Shown here: piece after piece, positions 30,105 to 40,222 of the stretch
How the letters are laid out: each line of letters starts with the position of its first letter
How positions within the stretch are numbered: the first letter of the stretch is position 1
Notes under the pieces: generated by a model
What the model was told of the DNA's origin: nothing
The model's input: only the letters and a program-made list of their open reading frames with translations
Database searches by the model: none
Translations under genes and position numbers: made by a program
NCBI GenBank assembly: GCA_965226555.1
Contig: CBDDDG010000010.1
Span: forward strand, 416,001-480,000
DNA length: 64,000 nucleotides
Reading direction: 5' to 3'
From: Salinispira sp.
Lineage (GTDB): Bacteria; Spirochaetota; Spirochaetia; DSM-27196; Salinispiraceae

Positions 30105-32690
30105 ATGGAACATCGCACAGAATCCCTGCACATAAAAATAAAGGCAGAAGTTACTCAATGGAAACGAAATAACTACGCATCTCATACAGATGAAATAGCG
30201 CAGATATTAAACTTTCAGTTCATTAATGAAGAACGAACAACCCTGCGATACTTACGAAAACCGCAATTTGAAGCAATAGAAACATATCTTTACCTGCGAT
30301 TTGTCAAAAACACCCCGCATATTATTGACATATATAAGGCCTATTATCCCCAGCCTGCTGATGTACTACGAGCACTCAATATGCGCAACCCAGATATTTC
30401 GGATATTGTAATGAATGAGGGTATTGACGGTCTTTTTGAAAAAATAAAGACCGACAGCGCCTTTGTCAAAAAATACCGACTGGAAAATTTACGGGAAAGT
30501 TTATCCCTGTCGTATCCAAGTTACATTTTATCTTTGGTTATGGGCGCCGGTAAAACCATACTCATTGGCGCAATAGTCTTTATTGAATTTGCGCTGTCAT
30601 TGAAAACGCAAAAAAATGAATTTCTGAAAAATGCGCTCATTTTTGCGCCGGGAAAAACCATACTCGGTTCCTTAAAAGAAATTTCTTTTATTGATGTTGC
30701 GTTGATTCTGCCCCCGCACATGGCCAAAATAGTAGAAAGCAATATAAAAACAACCTATACGCACGATAAGCAGAAGAACATTCCTGTTATCAATAGCAGC
30801 AACTACAATATCATTGTTACTAACATAGAAAAAATACGAATACAGTCGAGAAAAAAAACAGCGTTATTTAATTCGAATATAAAGAATGATGAAAGAGAAA
30901 ATATTGTTAACCAGAGATTACAGACACTTTCGAGCCTAGATAATTTGGGGATTTTTTCCGATGAAGCCCATAATACCTACGGTCAGGATTTGGACAAAGG
31001 TATTAAGAAAGTACGGCAGACCATTGACTATCTTGCCGATAAAACCAATCTGAAAATAGTTATTAATACCACGGGAACCCCCTACTTCCGAAAGCAAATT
31101 TTAAAAGATGTTGTCTTCTGGTATGGCCTGTTAGAAGGTATTGAGGAAAATATTTTGAAAGATATTAGAGGCAACAATATCTATTCCTATGCTCAGGTTG
31201 AGGGAGAAAAGTTTATTGCTGAAGTTTTAGACGATTTTTTCAAGACCTATGCGAACATAAAAATTGAAGGCGGGCATAAGTCAAAAATAGCACTGTACTT
31301 TCCCAGAATTGAAGATGTCCGGAATGTTAAGCCATTCATAGAAAAAAAAGTAACAACATACGGCCTTGGACTGAATGCTGTTTTTGAGGTAAATTCACAA
31401 TCAAGCAACAAAGATAAAGATATTTTTATTAATCGTATTAACGATAAGCACCTGCCGTACAGGGTATTTTTATTAGTGGGAATGGGGAAAGAAGGCTGGA
31501 ATTGCCCATCGCTTTTTTCCTGCTGCCTCGCGCGCGACCTTGGCAATAGTAATAATTTTGTCTTGCAGGCAGCAACACGATGTTTACGGCAGGTTACCGG
31601 TAATACTCATCATGCCCGCATTTATTTATCAGAAAAAAACACTCAAATTTTAGACAGGCAACTGCAGGAAAATTATGGGGAAACTCTGACGAACATTAAA
31701 AATCAACACAACAAATTTGTGGAGCAGAAAATTACCCTCATAAAATACGATGATAAACTACCTCAACTGCAAATCAAAAAAAAGGTCAAAAAATATATTA
31801 AGAAAAACGAAACAATTACAAACATTGTAATTAAAAAACCACAGATACAACAGGAAACGGCAAAATTAATTACATACGATTTTTCAGAACTCACAAAAAA
31901 CACAACAGCGCATTTGACTGAGAAAGAAATTACCGATTTGAAGAATGAGAACGAACAGCTCCTTTCTGTTTTTGAAGCCGCTCAAAAAATTGCAGCCCTG
32001 TATTCCATTGACTACTTTGTTGTTTTTTCACAATTACAAAAACATTTTCCGGGCTGTGAAATATCAGTACGTGAATTTTTCGATATAAAACAGCAGATAG
32101 AAGAACAGATAAACAATTACACGGTAAAAGAAATTGAGGTACATGAGTTATTGACCATTATTAAAAAAGAAGGGTTTCAGGAAGAAATTGATGATCGGGG
32201 AGTAAAGGTGTATACGACCACCATTTTGGTCAACACCGAAAAACTGGAAGCGCTGCTCAAGAAAAAAGCAGGGTATCGCAATATTGATGATCTGAGTTTT
32301 CATTATGACCCCTACCGATTTGACTCCGGGCTGGAAGTTGCAGTATTTGAATATACTCTCGCAATGATTCAGGAGAAAAGGGAAAATATAAAGGATTTTC
32401 TGTTTACTGGCGGTATAACCGACAAAAATAAAACTGATTTAGTTTTCGAATATCGCGACAAGGAAGGTATGCTCAGAAATTATACCCCGGATTTTCTCAT
32501 TATTAAAAAGAATGGTGAATTTATTTTCATAGAAAGTAAGGGAAAACATTTAGCAGAAAACTTCAAAATCAAGGAAGAATACTTCCTATCGTATCTGACA
32601 GAAAATTGTACATATAAATTGCTTGTAAGTGAAAATGAGAATATTCTTATGGATGATAAGCAATGGATACAGAAACAGATTGATAAATGA
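30105..32690 (+). CDS. res: Type III restriction endonuclease Res subunit
   Basis: MGAGKT, DEAH, TGTP, KEGWN helicase motifs; C-terminal YTPDF..IESKG nuclease; low GC. Confidence 0.85.
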   Translation: MEHRTESLHIKIKAEVTQWKRNNYASHTDEIAQILNFQFINEERTTLRYLRKPQFEAIETYLYLRFVKNTPHIIDIYKAYYPQPADVLRALNMRNPDISDIVMNEGIDGLFEKIKTDSAFVKKYRLENLRESLSLSYPSYILSLVMGAGKTILIGAIVFIEFALSLKTQKNEFLKNALIFAPGKTILGSLKEISFIDVALILPPHMAKIVESNIKTTYTHDKQKNIPVINSSNYNIIVTNIEKIRIQSRKKTALFNSNIKNDERENIVNQRLQTLSSLDNLGIFSDEAHNTYGQDLDKGIKKVRQTIDYLADKTNLKIVINTTGTPYFRKQILKDVVFWYGLLEGIEENILKDIRGNNIYSYAQVEGEKFIAEVLDDFFKTYANIKIEGGHKSKIALYFPRIEDVRNVKPFIEKKVTTYGLGLNAVFEVNSQSSNKDKDIFINRINDKHLPYRVFLLVGMGKEGWNCPSLFSCCLARDLGNSNNFVLQAATRCLRQVTGNTHHARIYLSEKNTQILDRQLQENYGETLTNIKNQHNKFVEQKITLIKYDDKLPQLQIKKKVKKYIKKNETITNIVIKKPQIQQETAKLITYDFSELTKNTTAHLTEKEITDLKNENEQLLSVFEAAQKIAALYSIDYFVVFSQLQKHFPGCEISVREFFDIKQQIEEQINNYTVKEIEVHELLTIIKKEGFQEEIDDRGVKVYTTTILVNTEKLEALLKKKAGYRNIDDLSFHYDPYRFDSGLEVAVFEYTLAMIQEKRENIKDFLFTGGITDKNKTDLVFEYRDKEGMLRNYTPDFLIIKKNGEFIFIESKGKHLAENFKIKEEYFLSYLTENCTYKLLVSENENILMDDKQWIQKQIDK

Positions 32691-32711
32691 AGTTAAAGGA
32701 ATAAATAAAAC

Positions 32712-34460
32712 ATGAAAATAACTGAAGTCAAAGGCCGTCCGCTCCTCAACTGGATAGGCAAAAAGACCATCGACATTTATGAAAACTACCCCGCCCAGCT
32801 CATTGAAACCTTTAACAGTGATATGCGCAATGACAGCACACAGGCCCCGCTGCAATACAGCGGCTTAATGAAAGACTGGCACAACCTGCTTTTTCATGGC
32901 GACAATATGGAAGTGTTAATCAACCTCTTACAAAACGGCTTCAGAGGAAAAATTGATGTAATTTACATAGATCCGCCCTTTGACAGCAAGGCTGACTATA
33001 TTAGAAAGGGAGAATTGCGCGGGGACGCAAGCAGCGAAAAAATGGAGGGGGAAGGACACAACCGTTTAGAGCAAAAGCAATATTTTGATATTTGGAAAAA
33101 TGACGACTACCTGCAATTTATGTATGAACGGTTAATTTTACTCAAGGAATTATTGAGTGACAGAGGAAGTATATACCTGCACTGCGACTGGCACAAAAAC
33201 CACCTTTTGCGATGTTTATTAGATGAGGTTTTCGGGGAAGAAAATTTTGTTAATGAGATTGTTTGGAATTATAGGAGTGGTGGAGCTTCAAAAAATGGAA
33301 CCCTCGCAAGAAAACATGATACTATATTATTTTATTCAAAAAATAAAGATTATTTTGAAATTAACACAATTATAGAAAGACAGTATTTGCAAAAACCATT
33401 TATGAATAGTAAAAAAGATGAGCACGGGAGGTTTTATGTAGATACTATCCTGACTGATACAATTAATGGAATAATACATAGAGTTATATCTAATAATAAT
33501 ATAAAAGAGTATAATACTAGACCAGTATTAAATTTATCGTATGAACGAACTGATTATCCCACCCAAAAACCAGAAGGCTTAATTAATATATTATTAGAAA
33601 TATCATCTAATGAAGACTCCATTATCTTTGATTGTTTTATGGGTAGTGGGACAACCCAAGCTGTAGCTCAAAAATTAAATAGAAGATGGATAGGAGCAGA
33701 TATCAATAAAGGTGCTATTCAAACTACTTCTAAAAGAATTCAAAAAATTATTAAAGAACAAGAAAAGAATTTAGATAAAAATCATTTCAATTTGAAATTT
33801 GCTCATTTCAAAGTCAATGATTACGATTTGCGCATATTACGAACTGAGGCAATAGAACTTGCCGTTGAAAAACTGGGAATTGAAAAACTCAACGATGTTT
33901 TTTTTGATGGCAAACGTGGTGATGCCCTGATCAGAATAATTGAATTTAATCATCCCCTGAGTCTTTTTGACCTCACAGATATTCAGGAAGAACTTAAAAA
34001 GAGACCGGAGGAAACACGGAACATTGCTATTGTCTGTCTTGGTGTGCGGGAAGACAGCAAAGCCGAAATTATCCGCTGGAATAAAAAAACACCGGTTAAC
34101 ATTCTTGAGATTATCGATTTGAACGAAAAGAAGTTTATGCTGCACGAACCCTGTAAGGCAGACATAGACTTTCATGATAATGTCCTTATTATCAACAATT
34201 TTTTTAGTCCGACAATTATCAAAAGGTTATATCACGATAAGAAACTTTACACTCCCGAAATAAAAGATTTCAGAGCGATGATAGATTGTGTATTAATTGA
34301 CAATGACTATAACGGCAAAGTTTTCAATATTGTTTACAGTGATGTTCCAGAAAAGAAAAAAGATCTCATACAGGGAAAATATAACATAGACGTCAAAGGA
34401 ATCGTCGCCATTAAAATTATAGATATGCTTGGAGAAGAATATTTTCAGATTTTGCGGTAA
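32712..34460 (+). CDS. mod: Type III DNA methyltransferase Mod subunit (N6-adenine)
   Basis: IYIDPPF, YPTQKPE, DCFMGSGTT. Confidence 0.9.
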   Translation: MKITEVKGRPLLNWIGKKTIDIYENYPAQLIETFNSDMRNDSTQAPLQYSGLMKDWHNLLFHGDNMEVLINLLQNGFRGKIDVIYIDPPFDSKADYIRKGELRGDASSEKMEGEGHNRLEQKQYFDIWKNDDYLQFMYERLILLKELLSDRGSIYLHCDWHKNHLLRCLLDEVFGEENFVNEIVWNYRSGGASKNGTLARKHDTILFYSKNKDYFEINTIIERQYLQKPFMNSKKDEHGRFYVDTILTDTINGIIHRVISNNNIKEYNTRPVLNLSYERTDYPTQKPEGLINILLEISSNEDSIIFDCFMGSGTTQAVAQKLNRRWIGADINKGAIQTTSKRIQKIIKEQEKNLDKNHFNLKFAHFKVNDYDLRILRTEAIELAVEKLGIEKLNDVFFDGKRGDALIRIIEFNHPLSLFDLTDIQEELKKRPEETRNIAIVCLGVREDSKAEIIRWNKKTPVNILEIIDLNEKKFMLHEPCKADIDFHDNVLIINNFFSPTIIKRLYHDKKLYTPEIKDFRAMIDCVLIDNDYNGKVFNIVYSDVPEKKKDLIQGKYNIDVKGIVAIKIIDMLGEEYFQILR

Positions 34461-34476
34461 TAGTCTTCCTGAATCC

Positions 34477-36021
34477 TTAGTTCTGCCGAAAATGACAGCC
34501 CTGCGATACCGGATTCGCCTGAGCTGCGCGCGCAACAATGCCCGCAGTAAGTACTGCGTTTCGGAGCTGGATGATGTTCCGGCTGGCATGCGCTTCCTTA
34601 TAAAACTGTTCAATGCGGTGGGAATAATAGTTCAGGTCGGCGAGGGCGCGGTTAAGGCGTTTTCGGCTGCGGGTGATGCCGACATAGTTCCACATTGTTG
34701 TCTGAATGTTTCGAATGTCATGATCGATGAGCAGGGGGTCGAAATCTGTTTCTTCCTTCGGATATACCCAGCCCGGAATGCTCTCAATTAGCTCGGGCTT
34801 GAGTCGGCGTTCCTTCTTTGCAATGTCGCCGGCTGCCCGCACGGCAAAAACCAGCCCCTCGAGCAGGCTCATGCTTGCCAGACGGTTAGCCCCATGCAGT
34901 CCGGTGCAGGCGCTCTCGCCAACAGCATACAGACCCCGAATGTTCGCAGCTGCGTTCATATTGGTTTTAATGCCGCCGCAGAAATAATGCGCCGCCGGTA
35001 CCACCGGGAAGGGCTCTTTCTCAATGTCCATATCCAGTTCACGGCAGCGCCGGTAAATTTCGGGGAAGCGTTCGGGCACATTGACCTTCAGGCCGCGGGC
35101 ATCGAGGAGGACAAAGCCGCTTGAGCTGTCCATTTCAGTATATATGGCTCGGGCGGTTTCATCGCGGGGGGCAAGGTCGCGGAGGTGCGGATGATACCGC
35201 TTCATGAAGTATTCCCCGCTGCGGTTCATGAGCCGCGCGCCTTCTCCCCGAAGAGCTTCGGTAATGAGAAAACGTTCGGCATCACGGTGAAAGAGCGTGG
35301 TTGGATGAAATTGAACATACTCCGCATTAATGATCTCGCAGCCAGCGCGGTAGGCCATGGCAATTCCATCGCCGGTGGCAGACGGCGGGTTTGAGCTATG
35401 AAGATAGATTCGCCCGATACCGCCGGTTGCCAATACCACCGCAGGTGAAAACATGGGCTGAATTTCTTCATTCTGCATAACATAGGCCCCGACAATACTG
35501 CGTTTGCGGTATTTCTGCTGCGGATCGCTGCTGTTGTGGGTGTTTGTTATAAGATCAACGGCAATAGATTCAGGATAAAAGCGTACCCGCTCTTCCCGCC
35601 GAAGAGTTTCAAGCAGGGCATCCTGTATTGCCTTGCCGGTCTGATCTTTCCGGTGAAGAATGCGTCGGAGTGAATGCCCTCCTTCACGGGTCCAGTCGAA
35701 GGCGCCGCTGTCATCGCGGTCGAAGGGTACTAATTCAGCAAGATATTCTTCAAGCAGACGCGGCCCCTCCCGGGCGACAAGCCGCACGGCCCGCGCATTA
35801 TTAATGCCGTCCCCTGTCCGCACAATGTCTTCAGCGAGGAGTTCGGGGCTGTCGCCGGGGCCGGAAGATACAATACCGCCCTGTGCCCACCAGCTGCTGT
35901 TGCGGGTAATATCGGCATCTTTTGAAAGGATACTCACCTGTAATCCGGCCCGTGAAGCCGCAAGGGCAGTAACAAGACCGCCTATCCCGCTGCCGATAAC
36001 CAGAACATCATGTACTTCCAT
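34477..36021 (-). CDS. nadB: L-aspartate oxidase
   Basis: GSGIGG, AQGG, EGGHS, QFHPT, EALRGEG, HGANRLAS. Confidence 0.95.
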   Translation of the reverse strand: MEVHDVLVIGSGIGGLVTALAASRAGLQVSILSKDADITRNSSWWAQGGIVSSGPGDSPELLAEDIVRTGDGINNARAVRLVAREGPRLLEEYLAELVPFDRDDSGAFDWTREGGHSLRRILHRKDQTGKAIQDALLETLRREERVRFYPESIAVDLITNTHNSSDPQQKYRKRSIVGAYVMQNEEIQPMFSPAVVLATGGIGRIYLHSSNPPSATGDGIAMAYRAGCEIINAEYVQFHPTTLFHRDAERFLITEALRGEGARLMNRSGEYFMKRYHPHLRDLAPRDETARAIYTEMDSSSGFVLLDARGLKVNVPERFPEIYRRCRELDMDIEKEPFPVVPAAHYFCGGIKTNMNAAANIRGLYAVGESACTGLHGANRLASMSLLEGLVFAVRAAGDIAKKERRLKPELIESIPGWVYPKEETDFDPLLIDHDIRNIQTTMWNYVGITRSRKRLNRALADLNYYSHRIEQFYKEAHASRNIIQLRNAVLTAGIVARAAQANPVSQGCHFRQN

Positions 36022-36039
36022 TAATCCCCCGCGCCCGCA

Positions 36040-36918
36040 TCAGTCTATCCGCATGGAAAAATTATGATTCATTGCCGAATGCGTAATTGCCCCTGCCGAT
36101 ATGTATTCTAAGGGTAGATCGGCAAAACGCCGGATTTTTTCCGCATTGAAATCGCCCGATGCCTCAAAGGAAACCTGCCCATCCCGACCAAGCTCCTTCC
36201 TGAGCCGTAGCGCCGCGCGGCACTGCTCATAGCTCATATTATCGAGCATAATGCGGTCAACGGCGCCAGCGGGCATCGAAAGCGCTTCCCGAACATCTTC
36301 AAGATCTGCGCATTCCACTTCCACCGCATAACGCGCGCCCACGGCAGCGCGGATTTTTTTCACCGCCTGTGTAATGCTCCCGGCAGCGCTTATATGATTA
36401 TCCTTGATCATGATCATATCATACAGACCCATCCGATGATTCACCGCCCCGCCATCGCGGGCTGCCGCCTTGGAAAGCCGCCGATAGGCAGGCACTGTTT
36501 TGCGGGTATCAAGAAGGCGGGTGGGGGAATCGCCGAGCGCCGCGCTCAGGCGCCGCGCGCATGCCGCAACACCCGAAAGGAATCCTAAAAAATTGAGAGC
36601 AATTCTTTCAGCGCGCAGAAGATCACCGGCATTACCCTGAATTTCCATAATCTGACGTCCGTCTTCAAGTTCTTCCCCGTCACTTGCGGTACGGGTGATC
36701 CTCGGCTGTGCGCCGAGAGCTGCGGCAATAAACACCTGCTCCGCGCAATCAATACCCGAAAGCACACCCCATTGCCGGGAAAAGACGCTGGCGCGCATGT
36801 GTTCGGCAGAAAACAGCACTGTTCCTGTTATATCACCCGCATCACCAAGATCTTCCGCCATCGCCCTGCTGAGAAGAACATTGAACTCATCTCTGAGAAG
36901 CGGATCATTCAGATTCAT
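36040..36918 (-). CDS. nadC: Quinolinate phosphoribosyltransferase
   Basis: DTRKT, NHRMGLYD, KDNH, IMLDN, EASG. Confidence 0.95.
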   Translation of the reverse strand: MNLNDPLLRDEFNVLLSRAMAEDLGDAGDITGTVLFSAEHMRASVFSRQWGVLSGIDCAEQVFIAAALGAQPRITRTASDGEELEDGRQIMEIQGNAGDLLRAERIALNFLGFLSGVAACARRLSAALGDSPTRLLDTRKTVPAYRRLSKAAARDGGAVNHRMGLYDMIMIKDNHISAAGSITQAVKKIRAAVGARYAVEVECADLEDVREALSMPAGAVDRIMLDNMSYEQCRAALRLRKELGRDGQVSFEASGDFNAEKIRRFADLPLEYISAGAITHSAMNHNFSMRID

Positions 36919-36984
36919 AGTGTTCCATCCTCATAATGCGCATTCACTGGTATTCTGATATTTCCCACAGTCCCGGGGGCTTGC

Positions 36985-38118
36985 TTACCCCTTACCGTTT
37001 TCCCTGCTGTTTTCATGGCCGTTTTGCTGAAATGCTCGAATTTCATCTTCGCTGATCCCGGTAATTCTCTGGATGACCTCAGCCGACAATCCTTCAGAAA
37101 ACATACCGCGGGCGTTTTTTCTCCGCTCTTCCATATGCCCCTTCATTTCGCCTTCTTGACGACCTTCTTGACGACCTTCTTGACGACCTTCTTGACGACC
37201 TTCCTGAAGTCCTTTCTGAAGTCCTTTCTGAAGTCCTTTCTGAAGTCCTTCCTGCAGTTTCTGCCTGATCTCGGCTTGTACCTCAGCGTGGACTTTGGCT
37301 TGAAGATCATTGTACACGTCCAATTGCCATGGGTGTACTATTTCTATCCCTTCTTTTGTAATCATATTAACTACCTCCTCCATAGTATGATTGTTAACAG
37401 TGACTTTTGATACATGAGTATTATAAAGTAGATCGCTCATAATGAGCAAGGACTCCTTCGCCTTATTCCCCGCGTCATGCTGGAGAATGTTCAAAAGATG
37501 TTTCTTGAACTCAGCGCGATTATCATCATTCAAATTTTTTCCGTAGCGCGAAAGATAAAAATAGGCAGCGACGCGACCGCTGGAATTGAGTATTTTATCC
37601 TCCTCAAGCGCTCTCACATCGATAACAGGATATTCGAAAATTTGGCGATATATACTCGGGATATTCTCATCTTCGGTAGTTATTTCCGGCCATTTATCCG
37701 ATCCTGTGTACAGAACAATGGGATATACCCAATGATGTCGGCGCATTTTCGAATTTCGAATATGTCGCTTGAGCATATTAGTATATTCGAATAGGCGATC
37801 ACTCATGGCATAGTCCACAGATGACTGATGCTCCAGAATAATATACACCATTTTCTCTTCCTTCTCTTTCCCGCAGCAGAAGGAAACTTTCGCAACAATG
37901 TCCGATATTTTACGCCTGAAATTCTTCGACTGCTCTCTGCCGAGCACTCTCTCGATGAACTCGTTGCTCATAAGGGTAATGTTCTCAGGGCGAACATACC
38001 GTATCCAGTCATCATTAATAAATTGCAGCAGTTGATGTATGGACTCCGCATCGCCAAACAAGAATTTGTGAGCTTCGTCCCATTGTTTTCGCTGCCGTGG
38101 AAGTGGGGATTTTTTCAT
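36985..38118 (-). CDS. Rpn/YhgA-like PD-(D/E)XK nuclease, copy 3 (divergent)
   Basis: SDIV..YIILEHQS, YPIVLYTG..W; GGAGG RBS; internal GGAGGAGGT-AGTTAAT-ATG at 37365. Confidence 0.88.
   Translation of the reverse strand: MKKSPLPRQRKQWDEAHKFLFGDAESIHQLLQFINDDWIRYVRPENITLMSNEFIERVLGREQSKNFRRKISDIVAKVSFCCGKEKEEKMVYIILEHQSSVDYAMSDRLFEYTNMLKRHIRNSKMRRHHWVYPIVLYTGSDKWPEITTEDENIPSIYRQIFEYPVIDVRALEEDKILNSSGRVAAYFYLSRYGKNLNDDNRAEFKKHLLNILQHDAGNKAKESLLIMSDLLYNTHVSKVTVNNHTMEEVVNMITKEGIEIVHPWQLDVYNDLQAKVHAEVQAEIRQKLQEGLQKGLQKGLQKGLQEGRQEGRQEGRQEGRQEGEMKGHMEERRKNARGMFSEGLSAEVIQRITGISEDEIRAFQQNGHENSRENGKG
37150..37255. repeat. 12-bp tandem repeats encoding (E/K)GLQ x4 and EGRQ x4
   Basis: CCTTCTTGACGA and CCTTTCTGAAGT units. 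Confidence 0.9.
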
Positions 38119-38184
38119 AAACATTCCTCCTATATATATCAAACGGGAGAAATGCTATTTCTGAATATGTTTTCTGAAAAAAAT

Positions 38185-38588
38185 TTATTTTTTTTCGGGA
38201 TGGGGCAGGCGAGGTCTGTCCAAAGGTTTATATCCCACCAGTTCATACCGAAGGATATCGCTGCCGCCGTTGTCGGTCGGAGCAGTCCATGCAGCGGTGA
38301 TATAATTCTCTCCAACGGTGAACGTGAGAGCTGTCGGCGCCATGGGAACGGCAACGGGGGTTGCGGCGGCGCTCCCCGACCAATCACCATCGCCCTGAGC
38401 GTTCACGGCGCGTACCTGTACGCGGTAATTGCCGCCGTTTGTGAGTCCCCTCATGGTGTGGGCTGCGGGACGCGGGGACTTCGATAAAAATATTTACGGT
38501 TGTGCCGCCGTCCGCGTTATGGCGAAGGTGATATGCGGTAATGGCGCTGCCGCCGGTATCGGTCGGCGCAGTCCATGCAGCAATTAAT
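38185..38588 (-). pseudogene. Fragmented FN3 surface-protein gene remnant
   Basis: GLTNGGNYRVQVRAVNAQGDGDWS, AWTAPTDNGGS and an upstream piece LIAAWTAPTDTGGSAITAYHLRH similar to 16530-18062. Confidence 0.8.
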
Positions 38589-38589
38589 G

Positions 38590-39018
38590 CTATGCAAAAG
38601 TTTCTAACAGGCGGGCGCCTCTTCCTGTCCAGAAACCTTCAATATCGTAGTACTCCCGTGCATCTTCAATCATAAGATGAATAACGAAGTATTCACAATC
38701 GAGGAGCAGCCAGAGGTCATCGCCGTCCTGCTGTTTTTTGCCGCCGCGGCAGGCAATGTTGTGCCGATAAAAGTACTCATGAAGACGTTTTACCGATCCT
38801 CTCAACTGTCCGGCAGAATGCACCGTTGCGCACAGAAAATAATCGGCAACATCTGAAATGCCCCGGAGATCCAGCGCAATAACATCGGCAAGACCGCAGC
38901 TCAGCATAAACGCGCCAAGCTGAGTAATCATTTCATCGGGCGCCCGCATCGGCTTCTGCCCCTGCTCCCGCGCTGGCTGGAGCGTTTTTTTGCCGTTTTC
39001 ATCATGCTCTTTCATCAT
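38590..39018 (-). CDS. rsfS: Ribosome silencing factor
   Basis: ALDLRGISDVADYF, WLLLD, IHLM..AREYYDIE; start uncertain. Confidence 0.9.
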   Translation of the reverse strand: MMKEHDENGKKTLQPAREQGQKPMRAPDEMITQLGAFMLSCGLADVIALDLRGISDVADYFLCATVHSAGQLRGSVKRLHEYFYRHNIACRGGKKQQDGDDLWLLLDCEYFVIHLMIEDAREYYDIEGFWTGRGARLLETFA

Positions 39019-40217
39019 TCTCCCTCACTCGATTGCACATGCCAACCGTTAAAGTCAGAACCCAGAATAATGGTTATATCAATTTCAGGATATTTTTCAA
39101 GCGGCTGCTCTGTTGTAATGTTCTCCGCCTGTATGAGGCTCCCGACTTTTCGGGCGTCTGCAACAGTACCGGAGCGGTTGACAATAACAGTTTTCTCATA
39201 GTCATCGGTTTCGGCATTGCCAATTCTGATAACCTCAAACCCAAAGTTCTCATAGAGCGACCGTGTTCGCGCGGCAAGCCCGTTCGCGCGGGTTCCGTTG
39301 AGGATCTCAAGCCGTTTTGAGAGCGCCAGTATGTACCCTTCTTCCAAATAACCGAAATTTCGGGATATCTGCGCTATGGAATCGCGGAGGAGCTTGCCTT
39401 CGAAGTGGGGAAAGAGGATGATCTCTGTTCCCTGAGACGTTTCTACTTCCCGCTCATTGCCGAGAATTCTCTGGGTGAGTATATCGTCTAACTTAAGATC
39501 GTTCAGAATAACAAGGAGGGCTCTGAGGGCGTTTTTTTTGAAATTCGCTCTAATGTGCCGGAAAAATCTGTTGAGATTGTCCGGCTGATTAAGCGGATAT
39601 TCCCGCATTGAGCGGAACAATTCACGCACGAAATTCCAGCGCCTTCCGATCCACTCCAATTCGGTTTCATCGCTGCTTTCGTATACAACAAAATCGACTG
39701 TTTTCTCGCCATCCAGACGGACATTGCCCCCCGGTATGAGAACGGAATTGCCGCCTTCCCCGCCGTCAATGGCAGTGGGAAGAAAAACCGTTATTCCCTC
39801 TATGAGATCAACAATGGTTTCAACATCCGATATGTCCATATCCAGAAAGAAATCGATGCGGGTATCGAAGATGTTCTGAAGAATGTCCCGTGTTTCAGAT
39901 GCGCCGAGTTCCCGATACAAATTGTCAATGCGGTCGACCCGTCCGAGCCGGGGTATAATGGTACCGAGTCGGCGGGGAACATCGTATACCGCCATATTCT
40001 TCGTGGCGCTGTCGATGAAGACTAACTGAACAAGAATGAGGTTTTTATCGTCAGAAATGAACATAAGAAGGGGAATGAGGGAGTTGTCTTCCAGAGATGC
40101 GGTAATATCATCATTCTGAACACCGATGAGCACAACACTAATAAATACCGCAATGAGAACAATAATACATAACATGGCAAGCATTGCAGGATTAAATAAT
40201 TTCTGATTCCGCTGCAT
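39015..40217 (-). CDS. LCP family protein with LytR C-terminal domain
   Basis: N-terminal TM; ILNGTRANGLAAR, GNA, IILGSDF. Confidence 0.85.
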   Translation of the reverse strand: MQRNQKLFNPAMLAMLCIIVLIAVFISVVLIGVQNDDITASLEDNSLIPLLMFISDDKNLILVQLVFIDSATKNMAVYDVPRRLGTIIPRLGRVDRIDNLYRELGASETRDILQNIFDTRIDFFLDMDISDVETIVDLIEGITVFLPTAIDGGEGGNSVLIPGGNVRLDGEKTVDFVVYESSDETELEWIGRRWNFVRELFRSMREYPLNQPDNLNRFFRHIRANFKKNALRALLVILNDLKLDDILTQRILGNEREVETSQGTEIILFPHFEGKLLRDSIAQISRNFGYLEEGYILALSKRLEILNGTRANGLAARTRSLYENFGFEVIRIGNAETDDYEKTVIVNRSGTVADARKVGSLIQAENITTEQPLEKYPEIDITIILGSDFNGWHVQSSEGE

Positions 40218-40222
40218 TATAA

